Assembly (NCBI GenBank): GCA_023415275.1 | Contig: JAEZLJ010000164.1 | Coordinates: 3,263 to 67,262 of the forward strand | DNA length: 64,000 bases | Source of the DNA: Bacteroidota bacterium | GTDB lineage: Bacteria; Bacteroidota; Bacteroidia; Chitinophagales; Chitinophagaceae | Direction of reading: 5' to 3' | In this document: one piece after another, positions 19,152 to 29,802 of the stretch | Numbering within the stretch: position 1 is the first letter of the stretch | Layout of the letters: each line of letters opens with the position of its first letter | Made by a program: the position numbers and the translations under genes | The notes under the pieces: generated by a model | Database searches by the model: none | What the model saw: the letters and a program-made list of their open reading frames with translations, nothing else | What the model was told of the DNA's origin: nothing

Positions 19152-21584
19152 CTATTGCACAGGTAAATAAATATCGAATTGTGCCCCTTCATTTTCTTTT
19201 CCTTGGGCCTTAATACAACCGTGGTGATTCTGGACGATCCTCTTACAAATGGCCAAACCTATACCCGTGCCTTTATAAGTAGATTTATTATTCAGCCTTT
19301 GAAAAATCTCAAAGATCTTTTTGGCATACTGTGGCTCAAATCCAAGACCATTATCCTTTACAGAGATCTTGTAATAAGTTATGCCTGGCTCTACATCCGA
19401 AGCATTGATCTCTTCTCCTCTAACCTTACTGCTGAAAATATGAATCACGCTTTTCCTTTCCGGATGCTTGTATTTGATGGCATTGTTGATCAGGTTGTCC
19501 ATCAATTGTTTAAACTGGAAAGGGATCACTTTTACCACAGGCAAGGGATCCACCCTGATCTGCACTTCTTTTTGTTCAATAAGGTCTTTTTGAGAAAGGA
19601 TGATCTCTTCCACTATTTCGTTAAGATCTGTTTCTTCAAATGATTCATCTCGGGAATTGGCCCTCGAGTATGCCAGCAGGTCGTCTATCAACAGGGACAT
19701 TCTTTTTACTGCCTGCAATGACCTGTTCAGGTATTCCCTGGATTTTTCGTCTAGTTGATTATTTACATCATCCACCACGTAATTATTATAAAAGCTGATC
19801 TTTCTTAGTGGCTCTTTCATATCATGAGAAGCGGCATAGGCAAACTGCTCCAACTCTTTATTTTGAAACTCCAATTGTGTAGCATAATCTCTCATTCTGT
19901 CTTCAGCAATCTTTCTTTCCGTCAGGTCGCGTGTAACCTTTGAGAATCCGATAATATTATTCTCAGCATCATGCAGCGCTGTAATAACAATGCTGCCCCA
20001 AAAAAGAGTACCGTCTTTTCTTCTTCTCCAGCCCTCGTGCACAGCCTTGCCATATTCCCTGGCTCTTTGCAACAATCTTTCGGGAAGCATTTCCATGCGG
20101 TCCACTTCCCTGTAAAAAATGCTGAAGCTCCTTCCCAATATATCCTCCTCGGAGTAGCCCTTTATTTTCTCAGCTCCCTTATTCCAGTTTTGGATGATGC
20201 CATTTTTATCAAGTAACACAATGGCATAATCTTCCACCTCCTCAATCATCTTGTGATACCTTTCTTCACTTTTTTTCAGCTCCTCGTTCTTCTTAAATAG
20301 TTCGCTAGTCCTTTCTTCCACTCTTTTCTCCAGCAATAAAGTGACCTGGCGAAGCTTTTGCTCGCTCTCTTTTAAAGCATCTTCTGAGTGCTTACGATCT
20401 GTAATGTCAACCTGTATATTCACTGCACCAGTCACTTTTTTTTCATCGCTTAATAACGGCACGGCATATATTGCCAGGTTTCTCATAGTTCCATCATTCC
20501 TTAGGATTTCAACTTCCTGTCTTCCCGCTGATAAGCCTTTTTTTAGGGCAATGTTCATAGGCCATTGGTCAAGGTCTAATTCTTTTCCATCTTTATAAAT
20601 CTTATAGCACTGCCACCATTTATCTTTCCCTGCTTCTGGCATATAGCCCCACAATTCAGTGGCAGCTTTATTATAAAACAAAATAGTGCCTTCTGCATCG
20701 GTAGTATAGATGGCAATCTCCACATTTTCCAACAATTGCCTGTACCGCGATTCGCTGGCTTTTAACTGATCGAAAATCTTTTTTTGCTCAGTAACATCTA
20801 TGGTAAAACACCGGGTATGAATGAACTTTCCGCCTTCCCTGAAAACATTTGAGCTGATGTGCACGGTCTTGATCGTACCATCTTTACTCCGAAGCGTGGT
20901 TTCATAACTTTTAAGGGTGTGGTCTGATTTTAATCTTGTAAGAATATCAGTGATGTTTTCCTGGCTGGCATGGAATTCGGAAATATGATGCCCGATATAT
21001 TCCTCGGGTGCATAGCCTAACATATCCATTTCAGCCTTATTGGCCCATTTAATAATGCCATTGGCATCAACCCAATGCAGTCCGACCACAGCATTATCTA
21101 TGTAATCACTGAGCTCCAGCGTTTTCCTTTGCAGCTGATGTTGCATCTGCCTTTGCTCTGTAATATCATTGATATAATATACCAGGGACTTTGATGCACC
21201 CGTAGCATCGCTAAAGGCTTTTACAGAAACAGAAATTATTTTATCTGTAGTGCCTGGGGCAGATAAACGCAACTCTACCTCACCTGTAAGCAATTCCTTG
21301 TTGGCAGCATGAAATGGAAGTTGCTGAAAATCCAACCTATGGCCATTCACATCATAAAAGATATAGTCATTCCAAATCTCCCTGGCTGTCATGCCAGGTT
21401 CAGGCTTTGTATTCCATAAATCAACAGCCTTGTTATTGTAAAAAATGATCCTATCTGAAAGATCCGTTATATAAATAACCATTGGAAGATGCTCCAACAA
21501 TTGCAGCCCATGAAGATAAGCGGGCAGGTGATTATCTGACCTGGGAATAATAATATTCTCCCCAAGGGGCTGTTTTTGTTTCAT
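19152..21584 (-). CDS. Soluble multi-PAS sensor histidine kinase
   Basis: Four or five PAS/PAC-like repeats and coiled coils are followed by the H-box FAYAASHDMKEPLRKI and a HATPase_c domain (NLINNAIKY, DNGLGFE, GTGIGLAICKRIV). There is no TM segment and no receiver domain. Confidence 0.9.
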   Translation of the reverse strand: MKQKQPLGENIIIPRSDNHLPAYLHGLQLLEHLPMVIYITDLSDRIIFYNNKAVDLWNTKPEPGMTAREIWNDYIFYDVNGHRLDFQQLPFHAANKELLTGEVELRLSAPGTTDKIISVSVKAFSDATGASKSLVYYINDITEQRQMQHQLQRKTLELSDYIDNAVVGLHWVDANGIIKWANKAEMDMLGYAPEEYIGHHISEFHASQENITDILTRLKSDHTLKSYETTLRSKDGTIKTVHISSNVFREGGKFIHTRCFTIDVTEQKKIFDQLKASESRYRQLLENVEIAIYTTDAEGTILFYNKAATELWGYMPEAGKDKWWQCYKIYKDGKELDLDQWPMNIALKKGLSAGRQEVEILRNDGTMRNLAIYAVPLLSDEKKVTGAVNIQVDITDRKHSEDALKESEQKLRQVTLLLEKRVEERTSELFKKNEELKKSEERYHKMIEEVEDYAIVLLDKNGIIQNWNKGAEKIKGYSEEDILGRSFSIFYREVDRMEMLPERLLQRAREYGKAVHEGWRRRKDGTLFWGSIVITALHDAENNIIGFSKVTRDLTERKIAEDRMRDYATQLEFQNKELEQFAYAASHDMKEPLRKISFYNNYVVDDVNNQLDEKSREYLNRSLQAVKRMSLLIDDLLAYSRANSRDESFEETDLNEIVEEIILSQKDLIEQKEVQIRVDPLPVVKVIPFQFKQLMDNLINNAIKYKHPERKSVIHIFSSKVRGEEINASDVEPGITYYKISVKDNGLGFEPQYAKKIFEIFQRLNNKSTYKGTGIGLAICKRIVQNHHGCIKAQGKENEGAQFDIYLPVQ

Positions 21585-21739
21585 GTATGGTTAACTAAGG
21601 GGCGACTAAAATAAACAATAATCAAAATATGGGTACCAATCTTATCAGCAGGAAAGTTATAGTTAATCAACCTCAGTATAAGGTTAAATACTGTTATAAA
21701 TATTAAATGCAATGCTTAATCCTGATCCTTATCAATTAT

Positions 21740-24106
21740 TTACACAGGTAAATAGAGTTTAAAGATAGATCCTTCCCCAGGACGACCCTCCGCTTCTATC
21801 CTGCCATTATGGTTCTCTGCCACTTTTTTGACAATAGACAACCCCACTCCCGTGCCACTGTACTCAGTATTACCATGCAACCGCTGGAACATCTGGAAAA
21901 TTCTTTCCGATTCCGCAGGGTCAAAGCCAATGCCGTTATCAGTCACTTCAATGAGATGGTACTTTACCGCAGCCTCATCTTCACTCCTGCCAGATCCATC
22001 TCCGTTCACCAACCTGGCACTAATGGTAATATGGGGGGCCACACCGGGCTTGTTATATTTCAATGCATTAGCTACCAGGTTTTGAAATAATTGCTGCAAT
22101 TGCCTGCGGTAGCCTTTTACCCTGGGCAGATTACCTATCGATATGACTGCATTTTTTTCCTGCAACTCCAGGTCAAGGTCTTCCAGCACCTTGATAATCT
22201 TCTGGTTCAGGTCGATTTCTTCCATTTCCAATGGTCTATGGCTAATGTGGGAGTACAGTAACAGATCATCTATCAGGGCACCCATTCTTTCACTCGCTTT
22301 GTCTATGCGCTTGAATGTTTCCTTTTCTTCTGTAGAAATGCGTTCTGCCAGCTGGTCTTTCAGTCGGTCCGTAAAAAACCTGATCTTTCTGATAGGTTCT
22401 TTCAGGTCATGTGAGGCAGCATGTGCAAATTCTTCCAGGTTCTCATTGGACCGCTGCAGCTCGCGGTTCTTGCTTTCCAATTCCAGTGTCCTTTGCCTAA
22501 CTTCCCGGCTCAACTCCTGCTCATATTCTTTTTGCCTGGTAATGTCCTGCACCACACCAAAGATCTTTGACACTTCCAGTGACTGGTTCTGGTAGGTCTT
22601 TCCCCTGCTCCTTATCCATCGCAGCTTATTATCTTTCAGCAATACCCTGAACTCATATTCGAATAAATTATCTGAAGCAGATTTATTAGTCACCATTTTG
22701 CGGTTAGGAACATCATCCGGATGGATCACTGACATATATTTCTCTAGCGTCAGGGGCGGTTCTATTCCTAATAATTGGTTGCATCTTTCGTCTGCTATGA
22801 CCTCCCTGGTACCCAGGTCGATTTCGAAAAGACCCATTTCTCCCAGATCTATAGCCAGCTTCTTTCTTTCAGTTTCTTCCTGCAGTTTATTGGCAGACAA
22901 TACTTCCTTGGTCACGTCAATGGCCATGTGGTGAATACCATAAACCTCTCCCTGTTCATTGCGCAAGGGTTTACAGGTATGATCAAAATAAAATGTCCGG
23001 GGCTTGCCATCTATTACCAGTTCTGCTTTTTGTTTAAATCCCTGGTATATATTTCCTGATGTGTACACCCTTTCCAAGGCTTCTCCAAAAGGTTGGGCAA
23101 GTAGTTCCGGAACAGCCTCTCTAAATGGCCTGCCTATCACGGTAGCATCCTTACCCAGATATTCCAGCATGATGTCATTGGCATACTGAATGCAAAGCTC
23201 GGGGCCTGTGTATAATGCCGTGGCTACAGAAGATTCTTCTATCAGTGCCCTGTAACGGCGTTCACTTTCTTTGACCTTGTTCCTGGCATCTACCTGCTCT
23301 GTCACATTGTGCGCCACGCAAAAAATACTACCTGGCACCTGCTCTTCGGCATCCTGGTAGTAAGGTTTGAACACCAGGTCGAAATAGCGCAACTCCCGCA
23401 CTTCATTGATCAATAGCACGGCTGGAAATGTAGAAACATAATAGGGCTTACCCGATGTTCGCACCTGGTCTAAAATACTGATCAATCCCTGTTCCCTGGC
23501 TTCCGGCAAAACCTCAAGTATCGGTTTACCTACAATGGCGGGTGTCCTGCCTAAAAATTCCAACATATCATCATTTGCCAACTCCACTATATAGTCTGCG
23601 CCACGAACAATACAAATGGCTACGGGCGCCTCCATAAAATGGAAATAGGTTTTCTGAATATGATCCATGTGCTCTAACTCCTGCTGTCTGGGAGGCGCCA
23701 TATATTCAGAGAAAGACAGGATGATGTATTGGATGTCATTGCCTTTAAAAACTGGTTTGCTAATTACCTTCCATTCATCCTGGCTGCCTGTTACCCGTTG
23801 GCCGGGACCGACAATCCTCGAAAGGATGCTTTCAGCCTGTTGCCTGGATTGTAGGGTCTCTGTCAAAAGGTCCTTCAATGCAGTAAACCTGGAACCAGAT
23901 ATCAATGTAAAAACTTCTTCTAAGGGCCGGCCTGTCAATTCATGGGATTTCCTGCCTGCTAGTGTTGCCAGTTCATCGCTGATCAACGCTATGGTATAAC
24001 CAGGCGACAGGGCTGAAACCACCAGGAAAGATCCTGGCATTTGAGCGAAGATCTGTTCCAAAGCCAAAGGGGACTGAGAACCAGTTAAAGAAAAACGTTC
24101 CTGCAT
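21740..24106 (-). CDS. Soluble multi-PAS sensor histidine kinase
   Basis: PAS repeats are followed by the H-box FAHAASHDLKEPIRKI and a HATPase_c domain (NLVANALKY, DNGIGFD, GTGVGLSIVKKV). There is no TM segment and no receiver domain. Confidence 0.9.
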   Translation of the reverse strand: MQERFSLTGSQSPLALEQIFAQMPGSFLVVSALSPGYTIALISDELATLAGRKSHELTGRPLEEVFTLISGSRFTALKDLLTETLQSRQQAESILSRIVGPGQRVTGSQDEWKVISKPVFKGNDIQYIILSFSEYMAPPRQQELEHMDHIQKTYFHFMEAPVAICIVRGADYIVELANDDMLEFLGRTPAIVGKPILEVLPEAREQGLISILDQVRTSGKPYYVSTFPAVLLINEVRELRYFDLVFKPYYQDAEEQVPGSIFCVAHNVTEQVDARNKVKESERRYRALIEESSVATALYTGPELCIQYANDIMLEYLGKDATVIGRPFREAVPELLAQPFGEALERVYTSGNIYQGFKQKAELVIDGKPRTFYFDHTCKPLRNEQGEVYGIHHMAIDVTKEVLSANKLQEETERKKLAIDLGEMGLFEIDLGTREVIADERCNQLLGIEPPLTLEKYMSVIHPDDVPNRKMVTNKSASDNLFEYEFRVLLKDNKLRWIRSRGKTYQNQSLEVSKIFGVVQDITRQKEYEQELSREVRQRTLELESKNRELQRSNENLEEFAHAASHDLKEPIRKIRFFTDRLKDQLAERISTEEKETFKRIDKASERMGALIDDLLLYSHISHRPLEMEEIDLNQKIIKVLEDLDLELQEKNAVISIGNLPRVKGYRRQLQQLFQNLVANALKYNKPGVAPHITISARLVNGDGSGRSEDEAAVKYHLIEVTDNGIGFDPAESERIFQMFQRLHGNTEYSGTGVGLSIVKKVAENHNGRIEAEGRPGEGSIFKLYLPV

Positions 24107-24320
24107 GATGATAAGGGCATTGAAGATAGGTATTAAGGCATGAACCGCTTGATTATTTATATAGAAGGTATATTGTTGGCCATCTCTTATTTAAAACTTT
24201 GATTCACTCCTGCCCTCGCCTTGCCAGGATAACTTGGACAGAAGACTAACGATAAGTAAATTCACTGTGAAACCGGACATAAATCAAAGCAGTTGATCAT
24301 TATAGCCGGGGAAAAGAAAA

Positions 24321-24908
24321 ATGGCAATACAGCTGGCATATTTGTTTTTACTATTTTCTGGGTTCATACCTCCTGGCCATACTGCCATCACCCGGTGGGT
24401 CATTGTCAATGGCTGCTCGTTGAAAGTGGATGGCAGCACCAATGTCAATTCATTCAGTTGCGCCATCTCCAATTACAACAAACCTGATACTATTTGGGTG
24501 AACAGGAATGTAAGCCCTGTTCAGCTCAATGGCAACATTCAACTTGATGTTCAACACTTTGATTGCCATAATGGGATCATGACCGCCGACCTGAGAAAAA
24601 CCTTAAAAGCAAAAGAATTTCCAAAGCTGGTCATAAGGTTCTTAAACATTTCCAGGTATCCTGATGGTGACATCAAACAGGGGCTCACCAAAGGAAGCGT
24701 ATTTATAGAGCTGGCAGGCGTGTCGCACCGTTTTGATGTGGATTATAAAGTAGTATCGGCCGACAACAACTATATCAATCTTGTGGGCACAAGAGTGGTC
24801 AACTTCTCAGATTTCAACCTGACGCCTCCGCGTAAACTGGGAGGCATGATCCGTACCAAAAATGAATTGAATGTAGAATTCAACCTGCGGCTGAAAGTGC
24901 TGAATTAA
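24321..24908 (+). CDS. Hypothetical secreted protein, possibly YceI-like
   Basis: It has an N-terminal hydrophobic signal. The segment GSVFIELAGVSHRFDVDYKV loosely resembles the YceI lipid-binding fold. The assignment is weak. Confidence 0.45.
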   Translation: MAIQLAYLFLLFSGFIPPGHTAITRWVIVNGCSLKVDGSTNVNSFSCAISNYNKPDTIWVNRNVSPVQLNGNIQLDVQHFDCHNGIMTADLRKTLKAKEFPKLVIRFLNISRYPDGDIKQGLTKGSVFIELAGVSHRFDVDYKVVSADNNYINLVGTRVVNFSDFNLTPPRKLGGMIRTKNELNVEFNLRLKVLN

Positions 24909-24915
24909 GTAGGCT

Positions 24916-25323
24916 TCAGGGATTGATCTTTGCAAATAAAATACCGGCTACCACTGCCTGGAACAGGCCATAAAAATACCAGCTTAATACCATCACCAAT
25001 GTAATATCCAGCGAGCTGAATGTGATCCACATCACAGGGAGTAAGGCCACCAGCGAATACACTAAGCCAAATTCCAGGCCCCTCAGGATAAATGACCCAT
25101 GAAACAGTCCTTTGAACCTTTCCCAGAACCAGGCAAGCGCAAAGCTGATGATAAAGGCATGCATATAAAACAAGAGGTCACGGCTGCCATCCGACTCAAA
25201 CAATGGATTGTTATACATGACAAACAGCTCAGGGATGTACCTGATAGTTAAGTATAAGCCTCCATAGCTTACAATAAACAATACAACTCCTACAATAAGC
25301 CCTGATTTCAATACCCTTTTCAT
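24916..25323 (-). CDS. Small four-TM membrane protein
   Basis: The support is hydrophobic segments only. No family is recognised. Confidence 0.5.
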   Translation of the reverse strand: MKRVLKSGLIVGVVLFIVSYGGLYLTIRYIPELFVMYNNPLFESDGSRDLLFYMHAFIISFALAWFWERFKGLFHGSFILRGLEFGLVYSLVALLPVMWITFSSLDITLVMVLSWYFYGLFQAVVAGILFAKINP

Positions 25324-25486
25324 ACGTGATGGTGCTTAAAGATACCATCCTTCTTTTAGAACTTCAACCGTTACTACCAGTTAGGCCATTCAAAAAATGT
25401 GGGCATAGCATCATGAATGGTTATAAGCAAGTATCCTACCATTTGTAAGTTCCCTATCCAAATGAACAAGAAGTGGATCAAAAGGT

Positions 25487-27817
25487 TCAATAAACCAGGG
25501 GTTTTGATTCATTAATGGATACATTGGGTTGCAACACTTTATTTACTGTTTGCGTGACCAACTCCCTGGCTATTGTGAAATCAGCGGTTTGCCTGATATC
25601 CTCCGAAGAAGCACCAATTTTAAGTGTGTACCTTCCTGCATCTGTGATCCATGCCGAACGGGCTGTTTGAAATGAGGCCAGGTCGTTGGCAAGTATGGTA
25701 AAATAAATGACCTGTGATTGACCTGGTTGCAGCAACTTTGTTTTAGCAAATCCTTTTAACTCCAATGAAGGCTTATCCAACTTTCCTTTTGGGGCAGATA
25801 TATATAATTGCACCACTTCTTTACCGGCCACAGGCCCATTGTTGGTAACTGTAACGGAAGCTGTCAGCTTGCCGTTAAATTGTGGCTGGCTTAATTTCAA
25901 GCCGCTGTAATTAAAACTGGTATAACTAAGACCATAACCAAATGCATACGCTGGCTGAACGCCAAAACTGCTATAATACCGATATCCCACATAGATGCCT
26001 TCATCATAAGTCACTTCAGCAGGTATCTGTTTCATGCCCATCATGCCCGCTTCTGCTTTTTCAGGAAACTCTTTACCCGGAAAGCTTTTAGAAGATGCTA
26101 CATCCGAATACTTCTCCGGGAAGCTGGTAGCCAGGCGTCCTGATGGATTTACCTTACCCCCTAATACATCGGCCACTGCGTTACCAGCTTCCAGGCCAGG
26201 CTGCCAGGAGAGCAATACAGCATCCACCTTATCCTGCCAGCTGCTTACTTCTATTACACCACCACTGTTGATAATCACCACTACTTTTTTTCCCTTTGCA
26301 TGGAACGCATTGGAAACCGCATCGATAAGGGCCAGTTCTGAGGTCTTGAGATTAAAATCATTTTCTACTTTCCGGTCGCTGCCCTCCCCGGCATTTCTCC
26401 CAATGGTGATCAGGGCCATTGTCGACGCATTGGCTTTTCTTTCCAGTAGTTGCTGGTCGATATTGAATTCAGGAATACGGGGTGTGGGGTTCATGAACTC
26501 CTCGAAAAAAGTTTTCTTTGGCTGCTTTGCCTTCTCGGTAGTGACATAACCTGTATACAAAGCCGATAGTTCCGGATCAATAGTGAATCCGGCATTAGAC
26601 AATCCATCTACCAGTGAAATGGTATAAGCTTCGTTGACATCACCACTACCCGTGCCGCCAGATACAAAATCATAGGATGTATTTCCAAACGCGGCAATAG
26701 ACCCTCCAGAAGATGAAAGAGGCAATGCAGCATTATTTTTCAATAACACCATTCCATCTGCAGCAGCCCGCCTGGCCAGCAACGCATGTTCCTTAAGGTT
26801 AGGCTTGTTACTGAATGCATAAGCTTTTTTGGCCTGGCTATTCAGTATATAATCCACAATCCTGGCAGCTGATTCATTTAACACGCTTATATCAAGGGAG
26901 CCATTGGCCAATGCTTCAGTGATGGCTTTCTTTTGATTGGGAGTGCCGGGCATTAAAAGATCATTGCCCGCTTTTAATTGTGCCACTGCATCTTTTCCTC
27001 CAAACCAATCGGTCATCACCAAACCCCGAAAGCCCCATTCTTTCCGCAGAATGGTAGTCAGCAGGTCCCTGCTTTCTGAAGCATAGGTACCGTTAATGAG
27101 GTTATACGAACTCATAACCGTCCAGGGTTGCGACTCTTTCACAGCGATCTCGAAAGGCTTCAGGTAGATCTCCCTCAAGGTCCTTTCGCTAACGATGGTG
27201 TTCACAGAGTTTCTATGCGTTTCCTGGTTATTGGCCGCAAAATGTTTAATGGAGGTACCTACTCCATTGGATTCGATCCCGTTCACCATGGCAGCGGCCA
27301 TTTTACCCGTCACCAGCGGGTCCTCAGAATAGTATTCAAAATTCCGTCCACCCAAAGGATTGCGGTGAATATTCATGCCCGGCCCAAGCAATACATCCAC
27401 ACCATATTCTTTTACTTCATTGCCCATGGCTTTACCTACCTGCTTCACCAGCTCCGTATCCCATGTACTGGCCAGTAAGGACGCTATGGGCCAGGCGGTA
27501 GCATAATAGGTGTTCGGATCGTTTTTTCTACTGGGATCAATGCGCAGGCCCGCAGGACCATCAGCCACTACAGTATTGGGCAGTCCCAGACGGGGAATGG
27601 CATAGGTTTCGCCGGCCGCCCCTGGCACTTTATCACCGATCTGGCCCACACCTGTACCATTTTCCACTTTGCCAGGCAGGTTCATACCCATGCCCACCAC
27701 CAGGTTTACTTTTTCTTCCTGTGTCATCTTACTTACAAGAGCTTTTGCTTTAGAAGACTGGCCGAACGCTGTGGAAAAGATCATGAGGCCAGTTGTGAGC
27801 AGGGAAACATATTTCAT
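25487..27817 (-). CDS. Glycoside hydrolase family 3 beta-glucosidase (BglX-like)
   Basis: The motifs are GPAGLR, NPLGGRNFEYYSEDP and GLVMTDW (nucleophile Asp region). The C-terminal half is a Fn3-like domain. The start is set at MKYVSLL (signal peptide) rather than the upstream ATG at 27871. Confidence 0.9.
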   Translation of the reverse strand: MKYVSLLTTGLMIFSTAFGQSSKAKALVSKMTQEEKVNLVVGMGMNLPGKVENGTGVGQIGDKVPGAAGETYAIPRLGLPNTVVADGPAGLRIDPSRKNDPNTYYATAWPIASLLASTWDTELVKQVGKAMGNEVKEYGVDVLLGPGMNIHRNPLGGRNFEYYSEDPLVTGKMAAAMVNGIESNGVGTSIKHFAANNQETHRNSVNTIVSERTLREIYLKPFEIAVKESQPWTVMSSYNLINGTYASESRDLLTTILRKEWGFRGLVMTDWFGGKDAVAQLKAGNDLLMPGTPNQKKAITEALANGSLDISVLNESAARIVDYILNSQAKKAYAFSNKPNLKEHALLARRAAADGMVLLKNNAALPLSSSGGSIAAFGNTSYDFVSGGTGSGDVNEAYTISLVDGLSNAGFTIDPELSALYTGYVTTEKAKQPKKTFFEEFMNPTPRIPEFNIDQQLLERKANASTMALITIGRNAGEGSDRKVENDFNLKTSELALIDAVSNAFHAKGKKVVVIINSGGVIEVSSWQDKVDAVLLSWQPGLEAGNAVADVLGGKVNPSGRLATSFPEKYSDVASSKSFPGKEFPEKAEAGMMGMKQIPAEVTYDEGIYVGYRYYSSFGVQPAYAFGYGLSYTSFNYSGLKLSQPQFNGKLTASVTVTNNGPVAGKEVVQLYISAPKGKLDKPSLELKGFAKTKLLQPGQSQVIYFTILANDLASFQTARSAWITDAGRYTLKIGASSEDIRQTADFTIARELVTQTVNKVLQPNVSINESKPLVY

Positions 27818-27892
27818 ATAGCTGATTGAGAACCTAAAGCTGGTACAAAAAGCAGCGCCTTCATTTGACAATTGTCAAAAAAGGAGATCCCT

Positions 27893-28522
27893 TTATTTCT
27901 GTGCCCTGATGCGGCTGAGGGTTTCCAGGGTAATGCCCAGGAAAGAAGCGATATAGGAAAGCGGCACCTGCTGGATGATCTGCGGCGAATGTTGCAGCAG
28001 CTTTTGATAGCGTTGCTGCGCGGTCTCAAACTGGATGGACATCATGCGTTCCTGGGAAAGTATAAGAGAAGAAGTGACCATCCTGCGAAGCAGCCGTTCC
28101 ACATCATGGTACTGGTTCGCGAGCTTCATGAATTGGTCATGATGTATGCCATATACCATAGAAGGCTGCAGGGTTTGAATGACCAGGTGGCTGGGCGTAC
28201 GGTTGAAGAAAGAAGTGATAGATAAAAAAAACTGGTCTTCAAGTGCTATCCATTCTGTCACCTCTTTATCATGCTTGATATAGTAGATCCTGGCTACACC
28301 TTTTTCTATGTAATAAATATAATCGCTGATTGTATGTTGGCGAAGCAAGACCTGGTCTTTAGGTACCTGCCACAGCTTCCAGGCAGCTAAAAAGTCTGAA
28401 CGGCTTTCCGCTTCCAGCGGCGATATCCTTTCAATGGCTTGCGCTAACTTTTCCACAAAGGGAAGATAAGATAAATGACCTCTCGAAGATGTTCGTGGAA
28501 ACACATTGTTGAACATATACAT
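27893..28522 (-). CDS. Crp/Fnr family transcriptional regulator
   Basis: A cNMP-binding beta-roll (YIYYIEKGVARIYY) is followed by a C-terminal HTH (IASFLGITLETLSRIR). Confidence 0.85.
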   Translation of the reverse strand: MYMFNNVFPRTSSRGHLSYLPFVEKLAQAIERISPLEAESRSDFLAAWKLWQVPKDQVLLRQHTISDYIYYIEKGVARIYYIKHDKEVTEWIALEDQFFLSITSFFNRTPSHLVIQTLQPSMVYGIHHDQFMKLANQYHDVERLLRRMVTSSLILSQERMMSIQFETAQQRYQKLLQHSPQIIQQVPLSYIASFLGITLETLSRIRAQK

Positions 28523-28676
28523 AGTAAACAGGTCTTACCCATTCTTTGCAACATCAATGAACATGCATGGTTCATGTATTACATCAAAATGGTAGAAATA
28601 TTGAACAACGGTTTACTTCCTCAAACTTCCTTGTTCACTTCTAATGGAGTTCAATCGGAATGTAAAACTTTACTGA

Positions 28677-29594
28677 TCATTGCCTCATTGCTTCTTTACC
28701 AACTGCAGGAGTTTCTACCAGCATGGCATATGGCTTTGGACGGATGCCATGACTAAAACGATTGGCATAAGCTTTTGTAAACTCAGCTCCGAAATAAAGG
28801 ATCAGCGAAGAATAATACACCCATACCAGCAGCACTACCAGGGACCCTGCTGCTCCATAAGTGCTGCCGAAATCGGAAGTGCTGATATAAAAAGAGATCA
28901 GGAACCTGCCGATCATAAATAATATGGCAGTAGCAATGGCGCCAGGCCAGGCCTCGCGCCAGGAGATATCTGCCGAAGGAAGGATCTTAAAGATCACGGC
29001 AAAAAGAAAGGCTGCCACAAATAAGGTAAATGCCTGGCTCACCACATACATCACCCAGACGCCAACGCCGGGTACCAGGTCGGCCAGCTTTTGGCCCAGG
29101 CCCTCAATAATAGCCGAGGCAGCTAATGAAACCAGCAATAAAAACCCCAGGCCTGCTATAACGCCAAAAGACAGCAGGCGGCTGAGCAGCATGGTATGCA
29201 GGCCCCTGCCTGGCTTCATTTTAAGGTGCCAGATGGTATTGATGGAATCCTGTATCTCTGTAAATACTGAAGTAGCTCCAATGAGCAGGGTAACAAAGCC
29301 TATAATAGCTGCAATTCCACCCCCGCTTTGAGAGGCGCTTTTAATTAGCTTCTGCACCTGCTCTGCTGCATCGGCACCCACAAGTTGATGTATCTGCCCA
29401 TATAATGACCCTTCCACGGCCTCCTTGCCCAGTATAAGACCAGCCAGGAAAATGACCACCAGCAGCATAGGTCCTAATGAAAATATGGTAAAGTAAGCCA
29501 GCGCACCTCCCAGCTTAGGCAGCTTGTCTTCCGTAAAACCCTGGTATGCATCCTTGAGTAATAACCCAATGCCTTTAAATGAAAATGCTTTCAT
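28677..29594 (-). CDS. YihY/BrkB family membrane protein
   Basis: LGGALAYFTIFSLGPMLLV and the C-terminal YYSSLILYFGAEFTKAY are typical of the family. The start is set at MKAFSFKG. Confidence 0.85.
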   Translation of the reverse strand: MKAFSFKGIGLLLKDAYQGFTEDKLPKLGGALAYFTIFSLGPMLLVVIFLAGLILGKEAVEGSLYGQIHQLVGADAAEQVQKLIKSASQSGGGIAAIIGFVTLLIGATSVFTEIQDSINTIWHLKMKPGRGLHTMLLSRLLSFGVIAGLGFLLLVSLAASAIIEGLGQKLADLVPGVGVWVMYVVSQAFTLFVAAFLFAVIFKILPSADISWREAWPGAIATAILFMIGRFLISFYISTSDFGSTYGAAGSLVVLLVWVYYSSLILYFGAEFTKAYANRFSHGIRPKPYAMLVETPAVGKEAMRQ

Positions 29595-29802
29595 TGTAAG
29601 ATTTAAGGTACAGGCATCAATTACCATGCACAATGTCGCATCCTTTTTATTTTAAGAACCAACAATATCCTCGCCCAGTTTTCAACATCCTCCGCCGGGT
29701 GAATGATGTCTACTCTCTCCATGGCCGCGTTTCCATGTGATATCTGTCACAGGTACCACCATCGGGATTGTAGAAATTTGGACTATAAAGAATCGCTATC
29801 AT

